A stretch of 61,865 nt of DNA, the filler included, from Basidiobolus ranarum (lineage: Eukaryota): NCBI GenBank assembly GCA_040143965.1. It is 11 parts of 11 records of this genome, joined end to end, with 100 filler letters (N's around TTAATTAATTAA, not from the genome) between each part and the next. Parts side by side here need not be neighbours in the genome. Positions count along the whole stretch, not along the records: positions 22,565 to 28,101 come from JASJQH010008438.1; positions 28,202 to 33,736 come from JASJQH010008439.1; positions 33,837 to 39,371 come from JASJQH010008440.1; 8 more parts are not named here. One strand, written 5' to 3'. Positions 25,052-39,371 of the stretch are shown here, piece by piece. The notes beneath the pieces are model-generated. The model worked only from the letters and a program-made list of their open reading frames with translations, was not told the DNA's origin and did not search any database. A program made the position numbers and the translations under genes. Position 1 is the stretch's first letter. Each line of letters begins with the position of its first letter.

Positions 25052-25176
25052 TGTTCGAATTTTCAGTTAGGTGATATTTGACTAAGTAATGTTAACAAAC
25101 TTATATGTGATGTATGAAACAATTAGGTGTATAAACAGAGAGATAGCAAATATGATAAAGACAATAAACTTCAACA
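25052..25176 (+). repeat. LTR family B copy abutting and truncating the gypsy chromodomain
   Basis: Bounded by TG...CAACA and homologous to 16927-17033. The chromodomain frame breaks at this junction. Confidence 0.65.
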
Positions 25177-28101
25177 GCAATTTATGCCAATAAATTCTGG
25201 AATCTAGAATTTTGCAAACTTCATATTCAGGGTGTTCTTCAACTTTGAATGCTGGGGGTGGGTCAATGGATTGGCTCTGGAAGGTGTTATTGGCATGTGG
25301 CTCTTGGAGAGACACATGTAGTACATTATGGACTGTGAAACGGGCCGGGAATTCAAGGCAGAAGGCTACAGAATTGATTTGCATAATAATCTTAAAAAGC
25401 CATAATCTTTTAAGATCAAGTTCAGCACAAGGTCTAGTGGTTTTGATATTTTTTTTTGAGTAGCCAAACTTAATCTCCTGGCTTGAGATCTTAGCTTGGC
25501 TTTCTTTTCTTATCAGCAAAGTTCTTGTCTTGGGATTGAGCATGCTCCAACTTGGATATCCATTGTTTATAGACGTCCTGAAGGAAAGTGGCATGGTCTG
25601 AGGCAGCAGGGCAAGGTAGATTGGATGGTGGGTGAGCTGTTGAACAAGGATTGAATCCATAACTTGCAAAGAAAGAAGTTTGTTTTGTTGAGGTATGATC
25701 AGAGTTGTTGTAAGCAAATTCAGCTAGGGGCAAGAATTGTGTCTAATTATCCTGATTATAGTTAATAGTGCATTGCAAATATTGTTCCAAAACTTGATTG
25801 ACTTTTCTGGTTTGGCCATCAGATGGGGATGGAAGGCAGTGGAGAGATTGGCAGAGATACCTAAGGTTTGGAGAAGACTTTTTCAGAATTTGTAAGCAAA
25901 CTGAGGTTCTTGGCCAGAGATGATAGTTTCAGGGAGTCCATGTAGATGGAAGATATTTTGGAGTTACCAATTCTGCTGTTGGTTTTGCATCATTTGACTT
26001 ATTGCAGGGCACAAAGTGGGACATCTTTGTTAGATGGTCAACAATTACCAGAATTGAATCATAATTGACAGACAAGGGTAGTTCAGTTATGAAATACAGT
26101 GATATATATTTCCACTGCTAATATGGAATTGGAAGTGGTTGTAGGAGAGCACAGGGCTGATATCTTGGAGTCTTCACTTGAGCACAAGTTTCACTGGTGG
26201 AAACATAAGTCTTGACAAAGGCAAACATTTTGGGCCATTAATAATCCCTGGATGCCAACATTTTTCTTTTGGCACTATCAAAGTGATGTGCAAGTGGTGA
26301 GTCATGTCTTTCCTGCATGATTTCAAGTCTAGAAGTGTGGTCTGGAATGTAAAGGTGCTTCATATAAAGCAAGAAATCATTGATGATAGAGAAATGGTGG
26401 TACAAGTTCAAGCTTGAGAGGTGTTTGTGTGAATCCTGGGCTTTCTTGATTGATATTACCGGTGAGTCTTCAGATTAAAGTTTGCAGATGTTTTCATGGA
26501 ATGTGCTTGAACTAGGAAGAGAAAGGGCACTTGCATCACTTTGAAGTTAATCGGGCTTCAATAAGGAAGTACTTTGTTGGCCAAAGGCCTCATCCCCTTC
26601 TTCAGGCTGAAATTCAGCTCTACATGATAAGGCATCAGGTTTCCCTTGCTGGCTATCTAGTCAATATGTAATCACAAAATTAAAACTAGCAAGAAATAAA
26701 GACCATCTTGCTTGATGGCATTTGAGAACTTTGGTTGTACTACATTATTGAAGATTCTTATGATCACACACTCTGACCCATGTTTAAGAGTATGGAGCTT
26801 AGTGACTGAAGTTCTTTCCTTGTCCACATTTCCAAATGTGGCTTGCAAGTCAGCAAGAAAGGCAAGGGAGTTTGAAAGAAGTGGAGATTGACTTTCCATC
26901 AAAGTAGCAAAATAAGATAGAGCTGTTCCTGATAATAATGTCCCACTAAGTCTACTTTTGTTTGGTAAGAGGGTAGCAATGGGGTTATAACTGAATGATG
27001 AGCTTTACTTGGTTAATGAAACCACAATAGTTTTGGCAAGAGCAATCAAACTTATTTGGTAAGGTGATTTTGGGTTCAGGAGTTGGATTTGCATGATAGT
27101 TGGGGGGAGCTGGACTCTATATTTGAGCAAGAGAAGTAGAAAGTTCTTGATTTTCTTGCTGAAGCTGAGTAAGAGCTCACATGATATCTTCCATTGTAGG
27201 GGCTGGTGTAGACATAGTTCTTAATTTGAAGGGAGGGGGAAGTTTTAAAACCACAAGTTTCTCTAGGAATGATAATGACAATGCAATGTACAACTTTCCA
27301 TTGTAGAAATCATTGGTGCCTTGACCAAAGAGTATGCTGGTGTTAATGTCCTTTGATCTTGATCAAGTACTAAAGCTTTTTTGATTAAAAACAACCATAA
27401 ACTCAACCAGTAGTGTCTTGACAAGGATGCACTTAGAGCAATTATCCAAAGGTGGAAGGTACCTTTGCCTTAGCTGGGAAGCTTGAGAAAGATAGGAAAT
27501 TAGAAGGAAGCCAACCTTAGGGGATTTCAAGGTTGGAGAATAGGGATGGAGAGAAGCCTACAGGCAAGTTTAAGTAGTCTGATTAAACTGTCACAATAAG
27601 GAACTGGACAAGGACTGAAAACAATAACAAGAGGCTAGAAGGCAGGAGAGTGCTTGGGTATAGACCATAAGACAAGACAAGACAGGGAAGATTCTTTGAT
27701 GAGAATCTTTATTGATAACTGGCACTGATCAAACTGAGATCTGATCAAGGAATACTTGGAGCATACATAGATATTGCAGGGTGAAACAAAATGTACTGAA
27801 TAAGTTATATACTGTGGCAAGTTTGAGTGTTGAGGTGTTGGGGACTACAAGGACCAATACACAGAGGGATAATGTAAGGATGATCAGGTGACCTTGCATG
27901 GAAGTTCTTGGCAGAAAAACACTATGTGTGGGATGACGTCATTGGATAGGTTTCTTGGAATGTTCAAAAGAACATGACTTCCATACAAGGTAACCTGGTT
28001 GAACTAACACAAGATTGCCAAGAAAGGATGGCACAGCAGAAATGATGTCATAATCTAATAATAGAAGAGTTCTATTTGCAGTATATGAGTACTCCAAGAT
28101 C
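25177..28101 (-). mobile_element. Decayed Ty3/gypsy chromovirus (LTR ~27589-28100, gag, RNase H end, integrase, chromodomain) with protease and RT deleted
   Basis: PLAEFAYNN, GKPDALS, HNVLHVS..EP, EYEVCKILDSR (chromodomain) and gag EPKITLPNKFD. The LTR end reads ...TTATTGTGACA on the minus strand. Confidence 0.88.
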
Positions 28102-29934
28102 NNNNNNNNNNNNNNNNNNNNNNNNNNNNNNNNNNNNNNNNNNNNTTAATTAATTAANNNNNNNNNNNNNNNNNNNNNNNNNNNNNNNNNNNNNNNNNNN
28201 NAAGGATAGAAGCCCACCACAACATGCCACATATTACCCCCATCTCTTAAGAACCAGATATAGCAGTAAAGTTTTATGTACTCTCCACTTTTCACAAGAC
28301 AATTAGCAAATAGCAGTGAGATTTGTGGAAATGTTGAATAGATCAACTAAAACCATGATGAGCGTGATTTTTTTATTTATCATTCGATGCTGTTTGTTAG
28401 TATTCCTTGTTAAAGCTAATTATCAGGCTGACTTTGCTCTATCTTACGTAACGTTAAATGCCTGTTTGAGCATAGGTAAGGCCAGTATGTGCCTCATTTC
28501 CAAAGAAAATCACCTGAACTTGGCTACATATCTCCTCAACTCTAATAGGGGCGATGGAGATTGAGTGTCTCCTGTAAAGAGTGATTTTGTACATGAAAAG
28601 AAAAGTAGTCGTTTTTGGGAATAAGCTATATATTTGGACCTCGTATAGTTAGGACTTTTGCAGACGCAAAACATCATTGTTTTGGACATAGAGCCTACAT
28701 CAGTCTAGTCGCATGGCACAAGGCGATATTGTGAAGTGAGCACTGCCGGTACGATTACCAATTCTGGGGAGCCTATGCGCAATCATGGGTCAGTCTAAGG
28801 AAACCATGAGAAAAACAGGTTTTTACTGGATTCGGTTCTTGACAAAGCCGTGTTGAAATCAGTGAACGTCCAATATTCCAGATGCTGCATGATGAACTAT
28901 CTTTTCTATAATTGCTTCTACCCAATGCCATATGTGACTAATGAAAGATTCTTGTGAATGGTCATAGAGACTTGTGGTCTAATCTTCGATTCTATGCCCG
29001 GCAGTGGATATATCTCGCCATGCCTTACAATGTTCACAGAATACTAACAATGGATACAGAGCTTGGACCATTGTAATTACCGGTAGTAAACAAACTTACC
29101 CTGACTCAATTTAATTCGTTCATGCTTGATTTGAAATCTAAAAACGAGAACTTCATTTTGGCATTGGGTTGGTTGTGATATCATGCTTGCATATTGACCA
29201 TATAGATCCTGCTGTGCACTCATCTTCTTAGTCCAATGTCACTCAATATCCTACCATTAATATGCTTAAATTAACATTCTATTAAAAGGATTCATGTTAC
29301 CGCAAATTCAACTCCAAGTCATTCTATTAAATATTAACGTGATCCCGCTTCAATCCCGATCTTTTAGTGTAGCTACTTAGAGCTTGTCTCATTTGATTTG
29401 GTTGGTTGGTAGAGTTGATCAAAATGAAGACCATGCGAGAATATAATAAACCATCAGCCACTTGGTGCTCACTCTCGTTTTTGTCGTGTGCGATTTTCCT
29501 CAAAATCATTTGTTTTCCTTAACTAAGAGCTGAACCTTTTAAAACAGAAACGACTTAGTAGACCCAACAATCCTCCCACATACCTCAATTATCCTCGACC
29601 ACCTCCAACGTTCAACAGCGCTTCAACCTGTACATTGTTTTGGCCGAGTTAAATAGTTGGCCTCCAATACAACTAGTTATAACCATTACATTTCGACACA
29701 ATAACGAGGTAAAAACATAAGAGAACTGAAGCATTAATGCAAGCTGTATAGCTATCGTATATCGAAATATTCACCAGCTTTGCTTTAATGTATCGTATCT
29801 CTTTGTCATTCTTTGAGTTAACCGACTTGTCCCTCCAGTATATTCGTTTCAGACCATACGACACTCCAATAAATAGATATATACCCTCCTAGAAAGCCGT
29901 TATACCCTTCTCTCCCTGAATCCTTCCTACGTAG

Positions 29935-30831
29935 ATGAACTTTCCAGGAAAAGTCATTCAAGAAACCCAGAAAATCACCAACCTATCCGAAAACAAATCT
30001 AAAGCTTACAAGGACAAAGGCCCCGAATCTCATACCCACCCCAAACTCGACTTATCTCGAGACTCATCTGACAACTTGTTTCAGAGATGTGAGCAAACAA
30101 ATTCGTGCGAACCAGACCCTCAGTATCAACAAAATCACACGTTGCTTTCCACTGAAAAGCTTGCATCTGTTTATAACGTCACAACAGGCGATCTGAATAC
30201 TCTACCAACTCAGACCTTGGATGCTGATCAAGTAGGGGAATTTGATAGCTCGTTAAGCACTTCCAACCCGCAACTTACCATATATGATTCTGGGGATGGA
30301 AGCGTATGCGAGGATTCAGAGGAATATTTTTCCCATGATGACGACGAGAATCTTTCCCCTTTCAACATCAACTTTATCCTCAACCCTGATCCCAAAGAGT
30401 ATACTGTGGGTTCCTATGACGTTCAGCGTGGAGAATCCTCCAAAACTCTTACTAGCGATATATCTACACAAGATACCACCAACACATCTTCTGATATCCT
30501 CTCCACTTCATTGACCTCAGCGACCGAATTCCAAAAGTTAAAATTTGTACATTTTCAAAACTCTTTGAACGCCCGTATCGAAGAAAAAGGGTATCGATGT
30601 ACCATTTGCCAAAGAGAGTTTCAACGACCCAGCACACTTCGAACACATATGTATTCCCATACTGGAGAAAAACCATTTGCTTGTACTTTTGAAGGGTGCA
30701 CCAAACGCTTTTCAGTGGAGTCCAATATGCGTCGCCACTTACGACTCCACTTCACCCCTAATCAGCGAGCAAGAAGCCCTAGAAGGCGAAAAACATGGGT
30801 TCATACATTCACACATCACTATAACCCCTAG
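29935..30831 (+). CDS. Intronless C2H2 zinc-finger transcription factor (2 C-terminal fingers)
   Basis: CTICQREFQRPSTLRTHMYSH-TGEKPF-ACTFEGCTKRFSVESNMRRHLRLH, preceded by an acidic, Ser/Thr-rich N-terminus. Confidence 0.92.
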   Translation: MNFPGKVIQETQKITNLSENKSKAYKDKGPESHTHPKLDLSRDSSDNLFQRCEQTNSCEPDPQYQQNHTLLSTEKLASVYNVTTGDLNTLPTQTLDADQVGEFDSSLSTSNPQLTIYDSGDGSVCEDSEEYFSHDDDENLSPFNINFILNPDPKEYTVGSYDVQRGESSKTLTSDISTQDTTNTSSDILSTSLTSATEFQKLKFVHFQNSLNARIEEKGYRCTICQREFQRPSTLRTHMYSHTGEKPFACTFEGCTKRFSVESNMRRHLRLHFTPNQRARSPRRRKTWVHTFTHHYNP

Positions 30832-33339
30832 TCCTCCAGCAGTTCTACCGTTGTTGACGGGTAGTACCTTTCTCATTGTTATTTTCCTTCTATTGCACTT
30901 TCATTTATAATCCATACCTCATAATGTTCAGATTTCAATTGATAGAGACCTCATAGCATACATTTCATATCGCCCGTTCTCCTCAGCCATATTTCTATAT
31001 TCAATTTTCTTGTATTCATCTTTCCCTTCCTCGTTCCAAGCCAAAAACCCAATAGATAATTCAGGTTACTCACCAAATGTATGTTGGTAAATGATCGGAA
31101 TTTTTCTGAATTTCTTAACAACCATGTATAAAGTTGCGTGATCAACTAACTTGCAGAAACCTAACCTCTTGTTTCCAGTTTTGGTAATCCACGGAGTATC
31201 TACAGAAAAAGAGCTTCCCAGAGTCAACCTTGTTGCATCAATTCTTTCAAAATTGGTAACTAGGCGTCGAAGCCATATTCTTATTTGGACTGTGGAAGCC
31301 ACTAGAACTTTTTGATGCTAGGGCGTCTACGTCTGAAACCATACGAATAAGTTCGAATTGGTATGTGTGTGGTTAGTTATGGAATGTCATGATAGTCCGT
31401 GGGAGTTAAAATCTGAATTTAGGGCTGAAAGGAAGCAGTTGTTGACTTCAGGATAGTGTATTTGATTTACAGATAGTGTGCCATAAATAACCCGATGAGA
31501 AACCCTATATGATCAGTAAAAATTTGCCTCATGATCAAAAACCAGTGTTTTACTAAATAGGTGGACAATCTATATCCAAAATCCTCATCACAGTCTTGGT
31601 GAGAACGTTCGTTAATTTCTTCCACTGACATCCTAAAAAGAATGACTGTAGGACTGTTAACATGATTTCACGTTACAGCTTGGCCTTCCATACATTACTC
31701 ATACATAGTCGCACACTGTGTTGACTGGAAAATCATCAAGGTTCATGGTTTGTAGCATACCAGATGCTGGGATACATGTCTTACCTCCATGTATTCCGCT
31801 TTCGATATCGAGTCAACCGTTTTCTTGCTCATGCTTCATCATCGCTATATATCCAGTTGCTAGCGTCAGATCGCACCTTGATCCATTCCAAGCCCATAAC
31901 GCTCTAGACAAAATTTATGACTAAACACATGTCTTGTATTATTCAGCCGAGATGCAGAGTATTCTTTTGGTAAATAATTAACGGATTGTCTAGATTTGAT
32001 TCGCGATCATGTGGGCACTTAGCTATCGGATATTCTTTATTGACTAGGTATGGTGGGGTGGGATCTTCAGGTTTCGAAAAGCGATTCGTATTGGTTGATT
32101 CGGAATATGTCCAAGGAAATGGGAGATGGATTGTCTGTACTGTCTGGGTCTACGAAAACTTGTGTAGCTTCTAGAGGAATTAAGCCCCTGATTTCCATCC
32201 GATTCATTCCAATTCTTCAGACATCCCAGACATTCTTTCTGATGAGCTTGAAACGGCACTACAGATGTGATTATCTTCCCATATTTGTCCGTCATATCTC
32301 AGTACAATTACTCCAATGTGATCAGTAACCCAATCAGCTATGTAATATTTTGCTATTCCCTGCAGTTGCTATATATATATCTTTGTTTGGTCGAGATCTG
32401 TACAAAACTTGAGAAACTAAATTTCGACTAGTTTCATCTTTTTGGGAACTACGAGTGCGGTAATATTACCAATTCAGTTAAATGCCATTGAGCTGAAGCA
32501 CTCCTAGATCGAAAAATAGGAACCAGAAGTAATACGATGCAAACTGGTTCGTAGCTTCGGGTTTCGATCATGAATACCTGGTCCAGGAAGACAGTAAGAG
32601 ATCACTACTCTCCAGAATCCATCTTAGCCTCAGAAATGGTACTGCTCATGAGACGTATCTATCTTTAAACAATGTATATTTCGTCACCTCAGGGTAGGTC
32701 AATCTTACTTTTCGAATGGGTATGAGGTAGCCATGGTATGCTACGCAAGTCATTTCCCGTGATGATATTTTAATTCTGTGTTACAATTTTAATTGATCTA
32801 AACATATCAAACACTAAGTTTGTACGTAGCCACAAAATCATGGGAGTTTCGGATATAATTAGCTCTTGAACCCTGGTCATCACTGGAAATCATAGGTAGT
32901 ACACATTAATGGGATTCACATGGTTTGACTAGTAAGTGGTAAGGTTTGGATCAGAGTATTGCCGGATTGTAGATAAATGGTTACGCTTATCCTCGGGTGT
33001 CGTGTGGTCCGCTTTGGTAGATGATTGTAAACAAACATTACTTGTTCCAAATATATTTACTAGTGCCTACCTGATATGGATGATTTTCTCTTGATTAGAC
33101 TACTTGCACCAGGTTATGATGTTCAACGTGTGTGGAAATGTGAGTGTAAATAATTTAACCTTTGTACCCCAGTAAACACCAATGAGGTGGTGGCCTCCGC
33201 CAACGTTCATGGAATAGAATCCAGGGATATCATGAGGCTATAGAATCGTTTTTGGAAAACCTCGTCAAACTGGAGCACCTTAGCCAAGGTCAGCAGTGCA
33301 CATCCATCATTTTAACAAATGATGAGATAGTTATTCGTA

Positions 33340-33440
33340 AGTTTTCCTTACCGAGGACCATTCGGGGTGGTAGTCTTTCAGATTTTTCCAGGGTCACAAA
33401 TATCCTCTTCGCAGATGATTTGATGACGCTGCTGCTCTAT
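33340..33440 (+). pseudogene. Possible non-LTR (LINE) reverse transcriptase relic
   Basis: IRGGSLSDFSRVTNILFADDL resembles the LINE RT catalytic (Y/F)ADD segment. No other RT motifs were recognised. Confidence 0.3.
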
Positions 33441-36400
33441 ACTCGATTGGTAAACGGTAAAATGTTTAGTATGAGGATCAAGCTAATTCTATGGGTGGAC
33501 ATCTAGTGGTATACCACATATTTTATGTAGGGTACACTAATTGTACCGAACTTTGGGAAAGTATTTAGCACTAGTTTATGAGGTTAACAGAATGGTATCC
33601 AGTATGATAGATAACACCCAGTCTGCCAATATGCATTGCATCGGCATCTGTGCTCAAATAGCGAAGTTATTGGAAAGAGGTTTCAGAACTAACACATTAC
33701 AAGATATACATCATTTCTGCGTGACTGATTGAGAGGNNNNNNNNNNNNNNNNNNNNNNNNNNNNNNNNNNNNNNNNNNNNTTAATTAATTAANNNNNNNN
33801 NNNNNNNNNNNNNNNNNNNNNNNNNNNNNNNNNNNNTGCATCCCCCATACCCCCTGCTTTCTTTTTATACTGGGAGGACTGCATCCCCCCGACCCCCTCT
33901 TTTCATCCTTACCCTCCCGTACCCTTACCAGAACATCTATACCCTAACTGTTGCAATATTGTAGAAGATTGATTTCTTAAATATCACTTTGCTTAGATTA
34001 TTATATTAGCCAAATGAAGTTCATAAAACCTGATACTTTTCATCTGCCTAAGCATAAATGCTTCATTTCTGGTCATTAAACTATCATCTCACAACTTCAT
34101 TTTCTAAATCATTCCTCAAAGCAGCCTATAGGTTCCCAATAAATATTTGGTGGCAAGGGGTTAGAATCTTTGATTTTCTTGGTGCAAAAGATAACACATT
34201 GGTTTTGCAGCCCCCTGTGCCAAAAAAAGGAATATGAAAAAGCAAGAATATAGACAATCACTCCAAAGCTTCCATCCAGGGAAGTTGGAAGGCCACTAAG
34301 AGCTAAAATGATTAAACCAATCATGTACAAGATGTAGAATACAACTAGTATAGATTTATAGCAGGTATCTTTGAGATGTAGCGTTTAAATAGGGTAAATG
34401 CTCCATAAATGCGAAGCACTCACATAATTCAGTGATGATATTAAACCAAGCAGTCATAGGAATTTTTTTGGCTGCACAAAGTTAATGTCCTGAAAGCAGT
34501 GACTTTCAATCAATTAGTTGCTTAACGGATAGATTGACCGATTTGATCACCATAGTTTCCAACATAATCTTGACATTCTCTAGTGTTTGAGAATAATCAG
34601 AATACTCTACTACGGTAACAATCATAATTATCATGATTATGATCACTATAAATTTTGCGCATACAAAGTTTCTATTTAGAGTTAAATTTATATAATATCG
34701 CTGAATCAATCAAATCAACTAATAGTGTTACCAATTGAAGATGGTACCCCAAGACTACCTTACATATTACAACTTTGGATGCAAGTCATCCTCGTAATTA
34801 AAAGAAAAGTGGTATGAACGTTTATGTGTTCAACGGTGATGTTATTTTTAGTGACAAGACTATTGAACTTTATACAGCATAAAGTATTTGATCTCATATG
34901 CTCAAAGATTTTTTGATTTTGTATCAGCGTATGACTGGTTAACGTAGCATTATAAATACTCTCACTGTATATATACTATCTGTTATCACTATTCATACTT
35001 TCCTTAGCAATTTGAGCACAATTCATCGAATATGCTGTCATCATGCAAAAGTGCAGCCTGAGGAACAGGAAATTCCAGTGAACATAATGTGCCTACTAGG
35101 TACAAGATAGATTGAGATCTACTTTCACAATACCATTCGCCATTTATTATCCAAATTAGTTATCATAGTTCAAGTCAGTTCAATCCCTCAGCAAGTTTAT
35201 TGTACCCTGCTCGAGCATCTTCTCTCATACACTTTTTATCAGACCGGTTGTCAAGAAGCTAGGCGCTTGTGACTAGTCTGTGTTGATATCCATCAATAAG
35301 CTTTCAGCCTATTCGTGTGAATTAGTGAATTCTCATCGGTGTAATTAGATCGAAAACACTTCTTTTTCTAATTATTCAATCACCACCCTGAGATTTTCTT
35401 ATGTTTGGCGTTGTGCTATGCAGGTATTATACCAGCCCCGTTCGTGATTACCTCTGATGTAGGCTCAGTAAGTGTGTATCGATGGCGATTGCTTCTTATA
35501 CAGAAAATTCTTTTGAACCAGGCTAACGAAGTCTGTAAAGCCCTTGGACTGTGCTATAGCATGTATGGTGGCCATTTGATAGAGCAGCTTTCACTTGATT
35601 AAAAAAGGGAAGATCTAAATGGGTCATTCGAATTATACTGAGCAAATACGAAACCACAACTTCAACGTTGCTATTACTCATTGATGCATGAGAAACAGGA
35701 TTAACAAATATACAGTTGCAACCAGATAAATGCCTGCTTTTTTATCACTGTGGTAATAAACCCGCGGGTGGAGAAGCGCTGCTTAGTGTAGATGGTGTTG
35801 ACAACTAGATCGGATAATCAGTATTGTTGCATCTGCATCCAGTAGTACTAAATTTTGTTCATTCTATTTGTGGCAATAGTCGGCAAATGAAACATTGCAT
35901 TTGATTGAAGCTATTGGTGCAAACATTGAAACAGCCCAAATTACTTGCGCACATCTATTCGAAAGCAATAGCATACCAGTATGGTGGTAAATAACTCAAC
36001 AGCAGCATATGGTGGAACCAGTCCTGGTTGCGCTTGATGGATAGAGTTGTTGATAGTGTAACATCATTTCTGTTGTGCCTGACATCCATCTTGGAGTCAT
36101 CAAAGTCGGTCGCATACTAGATTGAAGTTACCTGAAACTTAGGCATTAATAACTTGCGCTTAACCCACATCTGGCGTCGCTTTTATTGGACTACTATGAT
36201 TGCCATTGGTCGGCGCACATACGTTAGTGCCCCTTCTGAGCAGCGTGGATGCTATTTCATAGCCCCTATGGTGTGAAGCGGAGCTGATCTACCATGGGCG
36301 ACGAAACCTATAGATTATTTACGGGTATGTATGGTTTCACTATGTAGTTCCTGATTTACGTTCCGAAGCGTACCTTGTTGAACACTGTTCATTGCCATTT

Positions 36401-37173
36401 CTCTTTTTCCAATACGCACACTCTAATCGACTCATAGTAAAAATGAAAACAGGAATAATGGGGCTACATAGAACTTTCCTTGTCTACTGCTTAGTAAGCT
36501 TAGTCGTCTCTATCAAGTCATCAACCCAGAGATGATTGTTTATAGTAGCATATCCACGCCAGCCAATTTACAACAGGCTTGTATGTGCTTGATTTACCTC
36601 GAAGTTGATTACAATGGTGTGATATAGAGAGTTGAGGAAAAGGCAGCAATATTGGCTCCAAGTACTTCGTGTGTAATACTGGAATTAGACTAGTAGTAGG
36701 CTCACTCCTTGTTCTTGTTTGAAGTCTTTGTTGAAACTTCATTCGGGGGTTTGCATGCGAAAAGAAAACCCAATATCCAAGATATTGAAACTCCAATGCA
36801 CCAGTACAACTTACATTGCCACTTTCGCTGATGGCCTCTCAGACGTGAGAAATAGAGCATTTACCGAGGTTTCATGAAAAATCTATTAGTGATGCCACTT
36901 CACCATGATATCCATGTGAACACTCGTCAGTATGTTCCTATTTAATAACCTCATTGGAGGAAACTAGTGCCAGTTTAATAAATCCGATTACAATTTTTAT
37001 TTCATCAAGATGAACGATGATTCGAAGTTTATTTAATCTTTCCAAATGAGTAACTGTTAAAGTAGAACCTTGGGGTGTGTGCGATCTGTTTTGGTAAGGT
37101 TGGAAGATGCACTGACCATTGTTTTTAAAATAGCAACTAAGAATCGCCCGGCTTGAATGAAACTAAAAGGGAA

Positions 37174-39371
37174 ATGATGGGCAAGCTGATGCAAAGCCCC
37201 AGTGAACTACAATACGAAATGTGAATGATTATTACTGCTTTGTGATATATTCACCTGCCCAATCGCTGACATCACGTAGGGCACCCAGCAAGCTCAGGCG
37301 TATATATACACCAATGTCAGCGGAATGCTTTTCAAAGATATTCGAGGAAGAAATGTCAACAGTAATGAACTCATTAAATGCTGGCGTTTGCCAATTTCCG
37401 TGCTTGCTCAATGGTGAAGGTGCGAAGAACGAGGGAGCCAATACCTTTCATGTTAAGAAGTTCGATATCTTATCGATGGATCTTCCTGACGCTAACTCTC
37501 CCTTGAAAGCGCTGATTGGCCTTGAAAAAACTTTATTGTATGGTGCTTGGGCTATCATGCTCAATCTTTATACAAGAAACACCGATATCTCCTTTGGAGT
37601 CTTGGATAGTTCCAAACAGTGCTCACAGTGGACCGTCGAGGACTTTGAGGTGTTTCAGTCGGTATACGACCAAAAAACTGAGTGCATGATTGTTTCCGAT
37701 TGGCTGAAGCTGCTAGCTGGATATCCGGAAACTAGGAACACTACTGATTTGTCTTATAGCAAAGACCTCCATACATTCAATACATGTGTCATCTTACGCG
37801 AACAAGAAACATCGCTTGACTTAATTGGCTTGGAGGTATATTGGCTTTACTTTTTTTTCTTCCGAATAAATTCTAACCATCTTCTCATACTCGCTGTAGT
37901 TCGCTATTTGCCTGGAAGCATGGTTTGGTAGAGATGGTCTTGATATTCAACTAACTTTCTCAAGTAGCCATCTTCAGCAAGATCAAGGTCTACTCTTTAC
38001 TGAACAACTGGTCCATATAGTACAAACACTGGTTCAGAATCTCGGTACAACCTTAGAGCAATTGAATTGGACCCCAGAGTGCGAAAAAGAACTATTCTTG
38101 GACGCGTGGCAACAAGGGAAAGATGATCTCATCGGTGAGCTGGATGAATGCTGCATTCATACACTTGTCGAAAAGCAAGTGAAAAGCACCCCCGACAATG
38201 TTGCTCTCCAATTTGAAGATAAGGAGCTGATCACGTATGCCGAGCTGAATAGACGAGCTAACAGACTTGCTCACTGCATCATCCAATTAGGCGTTATGCC
38301 TGACGAACTGGTGCCACTATGTATTGAAAAATCCATCGACATGGTAGTTGCAATCCTAGCTGTTCTCAAAGCTGGAGCTGCCTATGTGCCTCTTGATGCT
38401 GAGTACCCGCAAGAGCGAATTTCATTTATTTTGCGGGATACCAATGCTGGCATTTGCATCACGACTAGCAGCTTAAGCGGAATTTTTAGTGAGTACCCTA
38501 ACATTCAGTTGGTAATGGCTGATCAGAGTGACTTCATACGCGGGGAAATCTACGAAACAAACCCGATAGTACCGCATTTGAAATCATCAAACCTCTGCTA
38601 CTTGATTTTCACTTCAGGTTCGACTGGGAAACCCAAGGGGGTTATGTTGGAGCACCGCAATGTCATTAATTATATAACTGCCCACAAAAAGCTCCTCAAT
38701 TTGACACAGAATGACCGTTTTCTTCAGTTTTCCAATTATACTTTTGATGCGTCTATACTCGATATATTCGTTAACCTTACTATTGGATCACGAATATGCT
38801 TAGCCTCCAAAAACAACTTGCTCACTAATTTGGCGCAGACAGCACGACTTATGGAGGTTACTGCAGCTCAGCTAACCACTACCGTTGCAGGTCTGCTGGA
38901 TCCGACAAAAGTTCCTACTCTCAAGTTACTTCAGCAAGGTGGTGAAATGCTCACAAAAGCCGTACGTGATACCTGGTCAGGGAGGGTTATTTTGCATAAC
39001 GGCTACGGTCCAACTGAAACAACTGTCTATACTGTTGTAAGGGAGTCTTTGAGTCAGTCTACATCTTGCACTAATATTGGTCGGCCTATAGGGCGTAACA
39101 AAGTATTCATTCTTAGCAATCAATTGAAGTTGATTCCTTTGGGAGCAGTAGGAGAACTTTGCTTCGGAGGCCCACAACTTGCTCGTGGATACTTAAACCG
39201 ACCAGATCTCACAGAAAAAGCTTTTGTGAACTCCCCATTTGTCAATGGAGAACGTTTGTATAGATCCGGGGACTTGGGAAGATTTAATCCTGACGGATCG
39301 ATCACTATCCTTGGCCGTAAAGACAACCAGATCAAATTGAATGGTTTACGAATCGAAATAGAAGAAATAGA
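37174..39371 (+). CDS. Non-ribosomal peptide synthetase, 5' part: degenerate condensation-like region plus adenylation domain; introns 37221-37279 and 37836-37899
   Basis: A1 ITYAEL, A2 LKAGAAYVPLD, A3 YLIFTSGSTGKPKG, A4 FDAS, A5 NGYGPTE, A6 GELCFGGPQLARGYL, A7 YRSGDL and A8 GRKDNQIKLNGLRIE. Upstream AWAIML..YT..DISFG is the C-terminal half of a C domain. Confidence 0.93.

Noticed and set aside
33837-33925. C-rich repeats TGCATCCCCC..ACCCCCT (possible G-quadruplex or telomere-like)
   Set aside because: Only two degenerate units at a contig start within CpG-poor DNA. Most likely a transposon fragment and not assignable.
30900-37100. Numerous 60-90-aa ORFs in gene-poor stretches (also 17760-19600 and 59500-61865)
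   Set aside because: No domain motifs, consistent splice structure or repeats were found. They are compatible with chance ORFs or unrecognisable relics.
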